A stretch of DNA of 64,000 nt, from NCBI GenBank assembly GCA_951406725.2, contig OX597819.1, positions 71,796,001 to 71,860,000 on the forward strand, read 5' to 3'. The notes under the pieces are model-generated. The model saw nothing but the letters and a program-made list of their open reading frames with translations. It made no database searches and was not told where the DNA came from. Shown here one piece after another: positions 10,461-25,648 of this stretch. The position numbers were made by a program, and so were the translations under genes. Source of the DNA: Octopus vulgaris (Eukaryota). Every line of letters starts with the position of its first letter. Positions within the stretch are counted from its first letter, which is position 1.

Positions 10461-13400
10461 CTTTTGTTCGTTATTTGTTACACAGTGACACTGACCTCGC
10501 CTGAAAATTACGTTGAAGTTAAGCGCATCAGTTTCTCACACACTCATTTAATGAGTAAATGAATTAGTTGATTGAACAGTTGCAAACTCATCGTCGAAAT
10601 AGGTAAAGGCCCATTGTCTTTTATTCTCATTACACTAAACAACTGTATATGCGAATGATACGAAAATGTACCATTTAATCAGTAGTCCAAACTGTATCAT
10701 CTAACTGGTAAACGTGGGACCTCGAGCTAAGTAAGGAAGCTGCTCTACGCTGCTGGTTATCTTGTTAGAAATATCAGCCTATTCTCCCTTAAATCACACC
10801 GTATCATCTTAAAGAAAAACGACAAAAGCATTCGGAAATAAACTAGATGCCCACTAGCAAAAATATAAGTGAATGTTCACGGTCGGATCAGTTTCGCTTA
10901 TAGATATGTTTTATCGCGATTGATTTGGGGCTAAACAAGAAACACTCCATCTTATTGAGCAGCTTTAATTCTCTGTAACACTCTATGGAAGTGGTAGTTA
11001 CAGATTTTTTTTTTTGCTGGAATTTTCCTGTTATTAGAGAATCACGTTAGAATTAAAGACGCCCAAAGTTCAAATTAATTGTTCTTGAACCCAAGAGCTC
11101 ATCCGATTTCCATGGCGTATACGTGATCGAGACCACAACAATCTCCCATGGAAGGGACAACTCGTCCATTTTAAGGTTCAAGGCCAGCGGTCTTCGTGAG
11201 GAGGGGACAATTCGATTACGTCGACCCCAAGATTTGAATGGAGCTTTATTTTATCAATCCGAAAGGGATGAAAGGCAAATTTGACCTCGGTAACATTTGA
11301 ACTGAGATCTCTGCAATGTTGTGAACATATAAGTTGAATCAATACTTTAACGACATATTAAAGAGCCGGAATAAATGCCGCTAAGAATTTTATCCGACTA
11401 GTTTACTGCATTTCAAGCCCATATGCAAAATTGGTATATCCAATTGTGTTACACCACTAAATTTAGAGGCTATTTTAGCGATGTGTCCGTGGATGGTTAA
11501 TGGGTTGGATGTGGCTCTGAAGAAGGAGTAAGAACAGAAAAATGCATATACATCCATCGCCTATTTTACTTTCTTCCATCGCTTTGTTTACCTAGACGTA
11601 TTCGTATACTAAACGTCGTAACTTTCAATGCGAGCTCTAATTTATGTAGAAAATCTGTAGAAATAACTTTAAAAAGTGTATTTTAAGGAATCCACAATAT
11701 TTTTGACTTCCGAAGAATGGATTTTTCCAACTGATTATTTCCTATCCCTTGTATAATATCTGTTTAATTTTCGTTAGGAAAATATTGAAGAAATTACTAG
11801 TGACATGCATTAACAAACCATAGGAAAATAAACGTATATATCCCTATGTGTATGCATTAAAGCGAAATTTTTAAACTTTTTATTTTTTATTCTCTTTTCT
11901 CTTTTATTTGTCAGAACACCACTTTGAGACCGGCAAATGGATGTATCATATTAATATATTAAAAGCAACAATGTATTCCATCTCAATAGCGTATTTTTCT
12001 TAAACACAATATCTTCTTTTTAACTTACGGTTATAATTGAAAGCCTGCGGCCAAATCACTATAAACATAATTTAATTTAGTTTATTCTTTCTTATATTTT
12101 ACATTTACTGTGTATTTAGATGGCTTCTTTGTTTAGCTAATTAAAATGTATCTCCAACTTTATTAATTAAAGCTAATTAGTTCTTTTTTTCCCATCCTTT
12201 TCTATTGTTTCTAAAACTATTTTTGCTTTGTTATTGGATTGCTGCTTTTGCTTTCTGCTTTTTTTTTCCAGCTCTTTTGTTTTGGCTTTTATCTGTTATG
12301 TTTCGTTGAATCGCCTCATGAAATGTTCTGAGAAACATGTTTCAAAAATAATTTTACTTGATCAAATAAATTAATATTTTGAAAGCAATTAGCGACAAGA
12401 AAGCTTTGACATGATAAAAGCAACTTAGTTACAATCCCTCGGAAACTGTACAAAGCTACGATTAATAAATGAATATCTGTTAGTCATTGAACCACATGCT
12501 AAAGAAATAGATACAACCTACTGCATGCGCTGTCGTTTACTAAGCATTTACATAATTTATTCAATGTTCTCTGCAACTTAGTATATTATCGGCTTGTGTA
12601 CTATAATAAAGATAACTGCTTATCAATTAGTTTGGAGTGTGTATGTAACTTTTACAAAAAGTAATTAATTATTAAAGTCTGCATTGTCTAAAAACATTCT
12701 TAAAACTTTAAATTTTGATGTTTTTTGTCAAAATGTGGTTTTCTAGTTTCTTTTATTATTGAAGATTTCAACTACAGAAAACTAATTTTAAATTTACTGC
12801 GAGATGACGTTGCTTAACACTGCACGTTAGCGTTTCTTGAATGTCTTTTCATGAATTCGCGGGGTTTAGTGGTTAGAGTATTCCACCCACGATCGTAAAG
12901 ACACCAGATCGATTCCTGGTGGCGCGTCGTGTCCTTCAACAAGAGATTTTATTTAACGTTGCTCCAGTCCACTCAGCTGACAAAAATGCGTTGTACCTGC
13001 AATTCAAAAGGGCCGGCCTTATCACACTCTGTGTCACGCTGAATCTCCCTCAGAGCTGTGGAGTACTCGGCCACTTGCACATTAATTTCAAGAATTGGCT
13101 GTTCCGTTGACTGGATAAAATATAACTGACACAACGTCGCAACCGGCGTGATGCTAGTTTATTTATAAAGAGCATTGAAATTCGTATTATAATTATTTAA
13201 TGATGAGGACAACACATCATTGACAACGACATTAGTACAGTGACTATTATTAGATTAATTATTTCATGTTATGTAGGGGGGACTACCCCTGGTCTGTTTT
13301 GGTCTCATTACACTTCCTCAACGAAGTATAAACATCACCATTATAACCAAAATAGTAATATGAGAAACTCCAAAAATCGCCCATGAATAGTAGTAGAAAA

Positions 13401-15335
13401 TTAGCATATTGTAAATAAATGAATAAATAACTGAGTTTAATTACATAGGGACGCCATTCACATGAAGAACAACAGTAAAGTGAGTGTTCGCATATGTCAT
13501 GTATTTAGTGTTAAATTCATTTTCAGAAATACTTTTGTTGCGAAAGAAAGATAACAATAATCTCATGAGTGTCGAACATTTAAAATTATGATAAGTCGAT
13601 GAAGACTGCAATGGAATGTTTTTGGTAATACCTCCGCTCGATATGAGTTCATCTGAGGTTATATTGTACCACCAACATCATCATAAGTTGTATTAATGTA
13701 GCGGAATCTATTTAAACGATTCTTTCTCTGTATTAAGCAAAAAAATCTGTTGTTATATTTAATCAGAAGAGACAATTAAGAAAATCCAATTTGTTTTCGA
13801 AAAGTCACAAATGATAGCAGACGATAAATGTAATCACTAAACTTCTGATACATTGTTAGAGGTTTATGTCTTCATTTTACAAATATTCCACCAGAAGGGA
13901 AAATTGACAAAACTTCGATTGAGTTCTATAATGGAAAATATACAAGTTGTAAGCACATAGTCTGGCGAAATGGAATAAGTAAAGAAAAAAATATATTCAA
14001 TAGTTTTAATGGTTAATGGTTTTTGAGATAACTAATGTCGATAAATATTCAAAAGAAACAGAAAGTTCCGGAAATTGAGACAGATATCAGAGAATCGAAA
14101 AGAGCTTCAGAAGATTAACTGAGCTATAAATTTGTCTACGAAAGATCCCGCCAAAATCTTTGGGTTAGAGGACTGTCTCGATTCGATAAAAAATATTAGA
14201 TCTATTATTAGTTTTCTGAACTGACGAGTTTATTTTTCATCGTTTGCTTATCGTAAAAGTTTTGTGTTGAGACACTATTATCTAAATGACTGCTGTACGT
14301 TGCAGAGTTTTCATATCAAACCCCAAATTCCTAATTCTGATTTCGTTTCGTGCGATATTGTTTTATTTTTATAATAACTTTTGTAATTAGAAGAATAGCT
14401 GACTTCAGCAGAGGCCATTCTACTTCAGGAATTCAGGTGAAATCTACAGGTCGACGAAATCTTCTTTCGTTTCTTCTGCTAATCTCGGATATTTTGAAAC
14501 ATGTTATAAGTGCTGCCCTTCCTCCTGTGACCACCCATTAAAGAATCATCAACTTGTAACTAAAATTCGCTTCAAATCTTGGCACAAGGCCAGCATTTCT
14601 TTGGGAAGGGGTAAGTCAATTACATTGACCCCCCCCCTCCCCAGTGCTCAAATTATGCTTATTTTATCGACCCCCAAATGGAGGGAAGGTAAAGTCAACC
14701 TCGGTGGAATTTAAACTCAGAACATAAAGACGGACGAAATATGGCAACGCATTTTGCCCAGCATACTACCGATTCTGCCAGCTGACCGCCCTACTTGTAA
14801 CTCATATTACTGAATTTAGATGAGACAAGAATATATTATGGTATTCATGCTTTTCTCGCGGCCAAAACGCAGCACTTAACTCTTATAAAAACTAATATAA
14901 AGTCAGCTGTAACGACAGCAACATAAAGTTTTCTAGTGTTTCAATAGTTTGAAAGAGCTGAGTTCGATTCCTACTCTAAGTATAACTTGGAAAGAACAGG
15001 TATAAAGTCCATCACGCTAATCTGCCTATGATTCACTTCAATTAAATAAAGCCTATAACAGTATCTTATATCCAAGAGCTGGAAACTGTTTTTATAGTTT
15101 ATATCCAAGTCGTACACGATACAGAAGCTCTACGATGATACATATATCCCAGCCAGAACCATCTCCTCTACATTTCGGACACTTTGTATAAGTATAAAGG
15201 AATACATTACCAATGACCTCTCTTGTAACGCAAAATGATGTCATGTGGAGGAGATTTGGTTGCTATTTCTAGCAGATTATGTGGCTAGAATATCTAGTAT
15301 AATCATCTTTTGTGTTTATACATATATATAAACAC

Positions 15336-15367
<32 letters not shown>

Positions 15368-16283
15368 AAATATGTGCGTTAGTGTGGGGGTGTATAAGTG
15401 TCCCCCACCACCGCATGGCAACTGATGTTGGTATGTTCAGGTCATCGTAACTTAGTGGTTCGGCAATAGAGACAGATAAATTAAGTACCAGGCTTTACAA
15501 AAATTAAGTACTGGGATCGATTCTTTCACCCATAGATTCTTAAAGGTAGTGCTCCAGCGTGACCGCAGTGTAATGATTGAAAACATAAGAGATAAACGCT
15601 AAAAGGATCGGCCAACAAATGTAAGGGCAGGTTACATTCTCGCTTTAAAATATTTCTTGTAATACTGTAACCAAATGCTCTTGAGAAAAGATATTTATCC
15701 CACAAGGCGCTATCTTTTCTATGAGCCTCACCTAAAATCGTTCGAGTCTCAGGAAAGTCTTTTCCTATATTTATTCTGGCTCTTCACATTCTGAACTAAA
15801 CTATTTCTGAACTCAGTTTCATCTTTCATCATTTCTTCTTGACGAAATAAAGTTCTCGTCATCGACTACCCACTTTTTCTCTCAGAGCTGCTGGACTTGA
15901 GCCTAAAACGATACAGTGTCGGATTAAAATGCTTAGCAGTAGTTCTTCCGGTTTGGCATTCTGAGTTCAAATTCCGCAGAAGTCGATTCTTTTTTTTTTT
16001 TTCACCCTTTCAGGATCGATAAAAATAAGTACTAGTTGAGCACTAGGGTCAGTTTAATTGACTCAGTTATCCCCTCCTAACCAATTTCAGGCTTTGTGCC
16101 CACAGTAGAAAAAAATTTTTATGGTGAGTATCTTAGGAAAGAAATTTCCAGAGAGACACGCTTAAGAATATGATATTATGTCGGGAAAATTTAATAACAT
16201 TTTGTTGACGAGCCATCAACAGTTGGCTCACAAGTGAGGGTCACAATTCCAGTTGCCCCTTTCGTCAATATTTAGTGACTTAA

Positions 16284-16500
16284 GGGCGGCGAGCTGGCAG
16301 AATCATTAGCACGCCGGGCGAAATGCTTAGCGGTATCTCGTCTGCCATTATGTTCTGATTTCAAATTCCGCCGAGGTCGAATTTACCTTTCAATTAAATA
16401 AGTACCGGTTACACACTGGAGTCGATGCAAACCATTTAATCCCTTCGTCTGTCCTTGTTAGTCCCCTCTATATTTAGCCCCCTGTGGGCAAAAATAAATA
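16284..16500 (+). mobile_element. tRNA-derived SINE (family 2) with 17-bp TSD
   Basis: Head ggcggcgagctggcagaatc..ttcaaattccgccgaggtcga. TSD aatatttagtgacttaa (16267-16283) and aatatttagcggcttaa (16501-16517). Other copies near 3095-3300, 11180-11400, 14565-14795, 15915-16110, 18185-18360, 21750-22280, 37400-37590 and 54530-54889. Confidence 0.88.
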
Positions 16501-16532
16501 AATATTTAGCGGCTTAACACGTTGTTGAGACT

Positions 16533-16563
<31 letters not shown>

Positions 16564-16700
16564 TGTTGCAGAATATAAAAATGTGAACAGTGTTCGCAAG
16601 TGAAATACTATCTTTTAACAAAAGGGCGACGTACTTATACACACATACACACACATACACGTGTGTGTGTGTATAGTATATATATATATATATATATATA

Positions 16701-16759
<59 letters not shown>

Positions 16760-17443
16760 TATATACATACGACGGGCTTTTTTCAGTTTCCGTCAACCAA
16801 ATCCACCCACAAGGCTTGCACGGCTCGAGGCTATGGTAGAAGGCACTTTCCCAAGGTGCCACGCAATGGAACTGTATCCAGAACCATGTGGTTGGGAAGC
16901 ATGCTTCTAATCACATTTTCTTTTTATTTTCTGTTGTGTGTGTTATTTTGGAGGAGAGGGCTTTTTTTCGAACGCTGTCTTTTTCCTTCTTATGTATTCG
17001 ACCTGCTCTCTATCGATTTAGAACATTTTCCAATATCTGTGTGCAGATGGCGTCCATTCAGAATTGTTTGTTCGTTCAATATCAGTTTACTGTTCACATA
17101 TTTTCATATCACAGAAACATCGCAGAAATTTTAACATTTTCTTATATTTGGAATTTTCTTCTAAAAGAAAACATGTTTTCTTCTCAGATGTTCATAGTTT
17201 TTCTTTTTCTTTTTATTATTTGTAATGTTTTATTTTCATTGTTTTTGTTTTTAAATATTTATCTCATCGATATGCATAATATTTCAAGGTTTACTATTAT
17301 TTCAATATTGCTTAAGAATATAAAGCAGTCGAGGAACTGCACAAGTGACGCCTGGTTTGCCAGTACTCAGATCAAACATTCTTATCAGTTTAGCTTGAAG
17401 ACAAAAATGGATTTCTTACAAAGATTACTTGCACTACACCCTG

Positions 17444-17535
<92 letters not shown>

Positions 17536-17986
17536 TTCCATATACTTACCTGCATACATACGTACATACTCGAAGTGACACGTCGCGTATTTGGCGTGGG
17601 AGACTGTTTATCGAAAATACGATGAATACTATCTCCAACTTTGGAGCCACAACTCGCATCCTTGTTAAATAATCGGTTAATCTTCAGGTGAATTGACTGG
17701 GGAAACCTTATATTCACGATCGTAGTGATTTTCGACTGAAACTTGAATTTAGTATGCAGAGAGTTATTATAAACAACAACGGGAGACAACATCAACAACA
17801 ACACAATCGAGTTACAGAACGAAAACAGGTAAACAAATTCTTTCTAGCTGCAGTTATAGAAGAAACCGTAACTACAAAACTAATTTTTCTTGAAGTTATG
17901 AATTGAATAATGATTTATATAATTGCTAGAAAAAAGCGAAACAAAACTCCGCTGAGAATACATACATAAAGCAAAGCATACAAATA

Positions 17987-18020
<34 letters not shown>

Positions 18021-18492
18021 CATACCCTATGATGTTGCTGAAATTCCAATGAAGAACCGTTGGATCTAGGTTAGAAACCGGTTCTTTCTCTATTGGCTAG
18101 AAATCTTGAAATATAACAGAATAATGACATACATACATACACACATACATACATATATGCATACAAGCATACACACACACATATTGGTTTAAAATTTGGT
18201 ACAAGGCCAGCAATTTGTGGGTAGGGTCTGATCGATTATATCGACCGCAGTGCTCAACTGGTACTTATTTTATGAAGCCCCAAAAGGATAAAAGAGAAAA
18301 TCAACCCCGGCGCTATTTGAACTCAGAACGTGAAGACGGACGAAATAAAACTAAGTATTTATACATTTATACATATATATACTCTGTGTATGTGTGTGTG
18401 TGTGTGTAAACTTGTTGCCAGTTCAAATATGCTTAAACATATTCAAAGTCATAAGATAACTATTCACTGTATTTTGTTCTCAAGAAAAATTG

Positions 18493-19085
18493 TCGGGTGA
18501 AAAGTTCATAGGCTGACCAAGATACTCTCACAGAATGTGATTAAATAAGCTTTATTTTTCAACATAGTCCCCCTTGCGGCCTCCTCATTTCTTACATCGG
18601 TGTTACAGTGCTGAGATCCTATTGTTGAAGACGTTTTCATCTTGTTGCTCAAAAAACGTCATCAACAGTAGATATGACGTCATCATCACTGCACACCTAG
18701 TTCCCAGTGAAGTACTTTTTTTCATATTGGGGAACCAATATGACTCAGATGGAGCCAAATCAGAAAAATAGGGAGCGTGATCAACCAGTTCAAAGCCACA
18801 GTCATGCACAAGCAGCCATTGAAACGGAAAACTTGTGTGTTGGAGAAATTGTCCTGATGAAACATGACCCCCTTCATCAGTTTTCCTGGGTGTTTAGTCT
18901 TGACAGACTTCCCTAACTGCCTCAGATAGTTCACATCGTACTCTCCATTTATCGTACGATGTGAACTATCAGATAGTTCACATCGTACTCTCCATTAATC
19001 GTGTGGACCTTTTGAAGCTATTCAATAAACTCAATGCTTTATGTATTCCAAAAAACTTAGGCCATCGCCGTTCCTGTCGGTGAAA
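18493..19085 (-). pseudogene. Mariner (DD34D-type) transposase relic
   Basis: KTKHPGKLMKGVMFHQDN..HDCGFELVDHAPYFSDLAPSESYWFPNMKK, frameshifted. The YSPDLAPSD-like motif is characteristic of mariner. Confidence 0.88.
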
Positions 19086-20499
19086 CGAAGGCAATGAATT
19101 TCAAAAGTAATACTACGGCCATCACATAATACGGGTATGACAATACGGGTATGACATAACACGGGCATAATTATACTTCATTTCGTATTTGGTGCAGCAG
19201 ATTCAGTGTTAATTATTTCACATAAATGAAGTAAAAAAAACGTAGAGTTGTCAGAGAAATGATTAATTAAAGATGTGAAAGCAGTGAATTATATTTTTAC
19301 AGAAAAAAAATGAAGATACAAAGCGAATTCTTAATGTGTTACTTTGGAGACAATGATTCAGAATAAAGTCAACTTGTGCCTAATTACATGAAAGAGGTCG
19401 CCACTGATCACTAACACGCCGTCTGCTCTTAAAAGGTGAATGGCTTCAAACAAAGACATCTGCTTCATTAAAGAAGCTTTCAATTAACATAACTAAATAA
19501 AATTTCTATTCGAAAAAGATGTTTCTCTACGCTTATTTTATTTTATTTTACTTTAGCTTCTTTTTTTCAACTGCGGCTAAGAAAGCTCGTAGATTGTTGG
19601 AATAAATAGCAAATATTCTTTTTGCGTTTCCGAAACGAGTTGGTATAAATTAAAAAGAGATGCACTTGTATTTTATGTTTAAGAATTTCAATGACATTAA
19701 AAACAATTCTGATATCTCATTTATATTTATATTCAAAGTTAGTATTTCTCCTTCCATCAAATCCACATTGGTTGTCGTGAGATGTCAAACAGATTGCAGA
19801 CCAACGTTGAGATGAAGTGTTTTGCTCTTGAACACAACACACTGCCAGTTCAGGTATCAAATCCACGGCTTCACAATCGTGACTGCAACGCCCTAACCAC
19901 TTGATCAGGCGAATCCTCTTCCCTGGCATATCCATTTTTGAGAAATTCTTGATTCTTAAGATCATCTACCCTTTTCAAGTGGAGCTGGTTTTAATGGCGG
20001 TTTGGTAATTATGACAGATTCTCTTCAAGTAGACACAATTTTAATATATCAGTCATTTCTCTCAGCTCATTTTTGTTTAAATTATGCAAATTACCTCAGG
20101 CCATAAATGTTTCTTCTGGGAATAAGGTCAGGTGATTTTCTGGCTGATGACGGCTATTGAGACTGAAACACAGATCAACGGCTGTCCTTTAATTTCTAGA
20201 CAACAAGCTTATCCTTTTCCTTTACGGCATTTCAACTTGCATAAAATGGATCTAGTCGGTTTGGCTGCCAGTATCAAATCAATTTCAATTGGTTTCATAT
20301 GATACACATTTATGGGTAAATTGAATGACGAGAAAATAATTTTCGCTATAAATCAATAAATAAATAGTTAGCAAATAAAGTTTGAAGATTTGGAGTAATT
20401 TTAGCCAATCGTAAGCCACAGATACATTCATAACTGTTTCCATAGTAGCAAGCGGAACATGAGAACTCTTTTGTCTGCGAGAAAGCACGTGCCTGTTTC

Positions 20500-20965
20500 T
20501 ATAGTAACAAGTGGTCCTGGGAAGATTGTTGAGATAAAAGTCTTCTTAAGATGTAAGATCAATCGAGGAAGGGTTCTACCTGAGCAGTGGGTTCTCGGAG
20601 GAGTGTGTCGCGAGACCAGACAGATCTTTCTGTATGCGATGACATGTCCGAATTGTGACCCACTGGAAGAATGCATACGTTACTCCATTCTTCCGGAACA
20701 ACAGTTTTCAGCGATTTGTGGAGGACCTACTCTCACATTCCTGAAATTAATGGTTACAATTTTGGGCATAAAACGGTGAACCGCAGCGTTGGGTTTGTTG
20801 ACACGAAAGATGGTACCCACACTCAACAAGTGGAGAGTACGTGGGCCTCTGTGAAGCGAGGTAACAAACGACGCTGTGGCACTCACCGTTCTTTGGTGGA
20901 TTCATATCTCTGGGAAATTATGAGGCGCAGAAGATACGAAAATTGTAATTTGTTTGAGAAATTGA
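20500..20965 (+). pseudogene. Merlin (IS1595/ISXO2-like DDE) transposase relic
   Basis: GPGKIVEI..NRGR..QWVLGGVCRET..ILPGTTVFSDLW..HKTVNRSVGFVD..GTHTQQVESTW..DSYLWE, with one frameshift. Confidence 0.9.
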
Positions 20966-23155
20966 TTGAATGTACTTCTAACTTAACTTACGTTTTTAAT
21001 TTTAAAAGTATTTTGTATTACGTAGCCTATTTCATGCTTAAATGTTTGTTTTTTAAATATGTTTTGTTCACTCTTTTAATTTCATTCATAACATATAAAC
21101 TTATCTTTTAGAACATTGTTATTTTATAAGATTTTGTGGGCAAATTGTTTAATTAACAGAAACATTTACTTAAACGAAAGAAAATTACCGGAGAACTTTC
21201 ATCTAATTCTTCCAAACCTTTTTCTGTTAAAACTGTATTGAAACCCATTGGGGTGGGGATTGTAATGTGTTTATCACATGTAATGTGTTGCTCATCGCAT
21301 TTGCTTTTAATTCATATTGAATACCTAAACTACTTGTTTATCCGTTTCTTTTTTCATTCAGGTGGTTGTGAGATGTGCTAAAAATAACAGCTAAATAATG
21401 TTTTGAGGGTAAATCTTTTATGTTCGTGCTATCGCATTCAATGCATATTCAATTGTTTACAAATGTTAACAAGACATACTATTTTTAGGGTGTTGACAAA
21501 AGGTGCAGTCGCGCACAAAATGACAGCTTCCAAATCTTGTTTCCTGACTGGGTGAAAATGATCAAACTTTAAACCTCTATAACTTTTTTAAAGACCTGTT
21601 TCTGTAAAACGTGAAGAGGTTGGAAAAGTATATTATTGTGCCAAATTTTAACATTTTCGATAAATTTTAATTTTCGAATAGCCAAACCAACCAGATCCCA
21701 TAAAATCAATGAGAAAGAAGTGCAAATCCTTTTAATTTTGACAGAAACGCAGTAATTTTGAAGGGTGGGACCAAATCGATTACACCAACTTGTACTTGAT
21801 TTTATCAGAATAAAATCAATGTCGACCATGGCAGAATTTGAACTCAAAACAAGGAGTCAGAAGTAATACCGCTAAGCAGTTGGACCGATGCGTTAACGAG
21901 TCTGCCAGCTTACGACCTTGATGCTAATAATTAAAATAACCCCTGCTACTAAAGGCTGAATGTCATCAGTTTCAAAGGGTCAGATAAACCGACGCACTAT
22001 TTTGCCAGCACACTGCTTTGTATAAAAACAAAAGCAAACATAACAGTAACTACTGCTTTCTAATAAAAGCACAAGATCGGTAATTGGTGGGGGTGGGGGG
22101 ACAAGAGGGATAAGTCAAGTATATCGACCCCGGTACTCAACCGGTACTTATTTTAGCGACCTCGAAACTGAAAAGGGCAAAATCGACCCCGGTAGTATTT
22201 GAATTCAGAACATAGAGATGGACGAAATGCCTCTAAGCAATTTTCCCGGCACGATAACGATTCTGCAAGCTGGACACCTTGAATAATAATAAAAATTGCA
22301 CAGTGTTTGGTCGCATTTAAACATACGATCCTGATATATTCAAAACTTGACAGAGACATTTCACAATGTCTTCTCTCCAAACGGAGAAGTCTGTATCAAT
22401 CTTTGCGTTTCACACACACACAAAGATTAACTTTATGTTACAAAGACGAATAAAAAAGTAAAAATAACTTATTTATCTCATTTATCATGTGAACCGAAAC
22501 GTTGAGGTGACGAATGAGATTAAATTGTTTCTAGGAAATGTTTCTATGAAAGAAAGCCGTGGAACATGCGTCACGGAAAGAATAAGGTAGATTTTTACAT
22601 GTCTTCTTCCTACCTGCTTGACTGCGTCTCCCATGGTGCTGTTGTGTCATGAAAGATACAGCAAATCATGTATGTATGACAGTCATCAAGAATATTTTCT
22701 TGTGGAACATCTAATGGAAGGAACCAGCGAGGTTATTTTCATATTTACAGTGATCTCATTAACTGGGGTTAGTGAGGTTGTTTTGCTCAGGGTGGAAAAG
22801 AGCTCAGCTCAATACAGCTAATCAAACAGAGATTACACTGTATCTCTGCACCCTTACAACTATATTAGTAAAATGGCGGAAGATAAGGCATTACACAGAC
22901 ACACACACACACACACACACAAACACACGCACAAACGCAAAGACACTCACACAATCATACACACACTCATGCATATATGAATGTGTATGTGTGTATCTGT
23001 GTGCGTCTACATATACATATATTATTACATAAAAATATAGATACATATGTACATCTGCATATATTTATATACATATATACATACATACATATATATATGC
23101 GTGTGTGTGTGTACGGATTTATACACATACATATACATACATACATACATATATA

Positions 23156-23213
<58 letters not shown>

Positions 23214-23219
23214 CATACA

Positions 23220-24084
23220 TACAAGGTGCAATGTATAAATTGTCGGCATATTATATTTTAATTTTGCATATGCGTATTGTTTGTTTTTGATTTTGTCGAC
23301 TACACGGTATAGTAGAATCAGTTGGACACTGTCTGTTAGAAACACCATAACGCAAGTCACGCTGCCACAAATTTGGAAACGGCATGCTCAACTGCTTGGC
23401 ATTTGCGCCGAAAGCTCCAATACGAACACATGGTGAACACACAGAACAACCGTTGGTTTGCTGTGTCCCCAAAACATGTATCAGGAGTGATAAAAATCAA
23501 ACATCCAGTCAACAGCATCATGTTTGGAGTGATCACTACTTATGGTGACATTATGCCTCACACTCAATATGGAGGCCTACCCTACCTCAAGTGCGTGGAG
23601 GAGGTAGTGCTGCCCTGGGTTAAGAGGGTGGCTGTTGGAAGACACTATTTCTAGCAATAGGACTCTGCACCATACCACACAAGCAGGAGAATCCAGTCAT
23701 GGCTGTCACCCAAATTCTGTGACCACATCATCCCCAACATCTGGCCACCTAACTCCCCAGACTGCAACCCCCTTGTTTAATATGTGAGGAGCGCAGTTGA
23801 TCGAGAGACCAATAAAACTCCTTGTAGCACCAAAGATGAACTGAAGGCAAGGATTATAGCAGCATTCACCAACTTAACAAGGAGACCATCCAGAAGAGTT
23901 GCAGGAGATTCCAAAATTGTCTGGAGGCTGATGTTGAAGCCAATGTGGATTTTTTGGGAAATATTTACTCTTTAGTATTACAAGATATTTTTATATAATT
24001 TTAGTAAATATTTCTATTAAAATGAGACAGTGTTATTTTCATTTTTGCGTAATTTAGACGTCAGTTTATTCACCGCACCCTGTA
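23220..24084 (+). mobile_element. Internally deleted maT/DD37D Tc1-mariner transposon
   Basis: TIRs tacaaggtgcaatgtataaattgtcg and gacgtcagtttattcaccgcaccctgta. Decayed (WQQ)DSAPYHTSRRIQSWL..WPPNSPDCNPL has 37 residues to the third catalytic position, which is V here and D in the copy at 27700-28303. Confidence 0.88.
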
Positions 24085-24104
24085 TATGTGCGTGTATGTG
24101 TGCG

Positions 24105-24154
<50 letters not shown>

Positions 24155-24648
24155 GTATGTATGTATGTATGTATGTGTTTATATGTATATAAATATATAC
24201 ACACACACATACACAGATGTGTATATATTTGTGTTTGTGTGTGTATACGTGTGTGCACGTGATGTGTGCGTGTGAGTGTTTGTGTGCATGTGTGTAAAGA
24301 GTGGGTGAGAGAAAGAGAGAGATATATACAGAAGCACTTACCTTTAATCAAGAGAAGAAGAACACCTGCAAAGTTCTTGAATTTAGGATGAAAAAAAATC
24401 ATCGCTGCAGGAATAATTTTTTCTTTTTTTTTATATTTTTTCTTTTTTTTTATATTTGTTATGATTTAATCATTAGTCATGGGACTTTATATCGCAGATT
24501 TGGTGAAAAAAAAAACAAAAAAGAAAAAGATTGCTTGGTTTTTATCTTTGCTCATTTTTAGATACATTATTGTTTTAAGTTAAGATTTTGTTCATTCATC
24601 TTCAACTCCGTTGACATTTGTGCGAACCTTCTCTTTCATGAAACTTCG

Positions 24649-24731
<83 letters not shown>

Positions 24732-25537
24732 TTCAACGCTTTGAGATAGAATTTGATATATTTCTGATCTAGCTTTTATGACTCTCAATAACGAGTAGAG
24801 ACAACTTCAGTGTCATCGAAAAAAATTAAAGAGAACGTAAGAAAATTGATCATGCTGTTAAGTGTCAGGTGTAGAATATACCACGCAAATTCAAGGGAAA
24901 GGTTAGGTACTTCGGAGAGTTAATATAAGAAGGCACGACAAGAAAATTTTGCAAATATAAGAGCACTAAATTACAATATGAAATTCGAAGTCATTTTACA
25001 GGATATGTACATGAAACACATTTGCAAGCATAAGATTTTAATATAAAGCATCAGACTGAAAATGCAGCTGACTCATTTTTCTGCTGGAAAGCCACACCAG
25101 ATATGTACTTCAGCCGACAAACAATACGTTCATTCATTGGTCGAGAAACGAAAAGAGATTCGATCCTCTGCCGACAAACAACAAGATACTCAATCCTTCG
25201 GCAGCAAACAACAGAGACGCATTCACCCATAGAGGATCATCTTAAATATATTCCAAATTCCACTTCATTCGAAATATATACACGCGCACGCGTACATATG
25301 CGTACTCATACACACTCACAGATACACACAGACACACACATATATATATATGCATATAGATACAGATATATGTATATACATATATATATGTATGTATATG
25401 CACATATATATATATGTATATATAGAGATAGATAGATAGATAGAAAGATTAAATACAAGATAAAACATATAACGATGAATCAGTAATGTGCAAAATAATA
25501 AATAAAACGTATATATTTAGTAGAATATATTCTTTAA

Positions 25538-25575
<38 letters not shown>

Positions 25576-25609
25576 TTAAAGAATATATATATATATATAT
25601 ATATTTAAA

Positions 25610-25639
<30 letters not shown>

Positions 25640-25648
<9 letters not shown>

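Noticed and set aside
18040-18090. ccaatgaagaacc..ggttagaaaccggtt hammerhead-like motif
   Set aside because: The core (CCAAUGA) and stem I are too divergent to call from a single copy.
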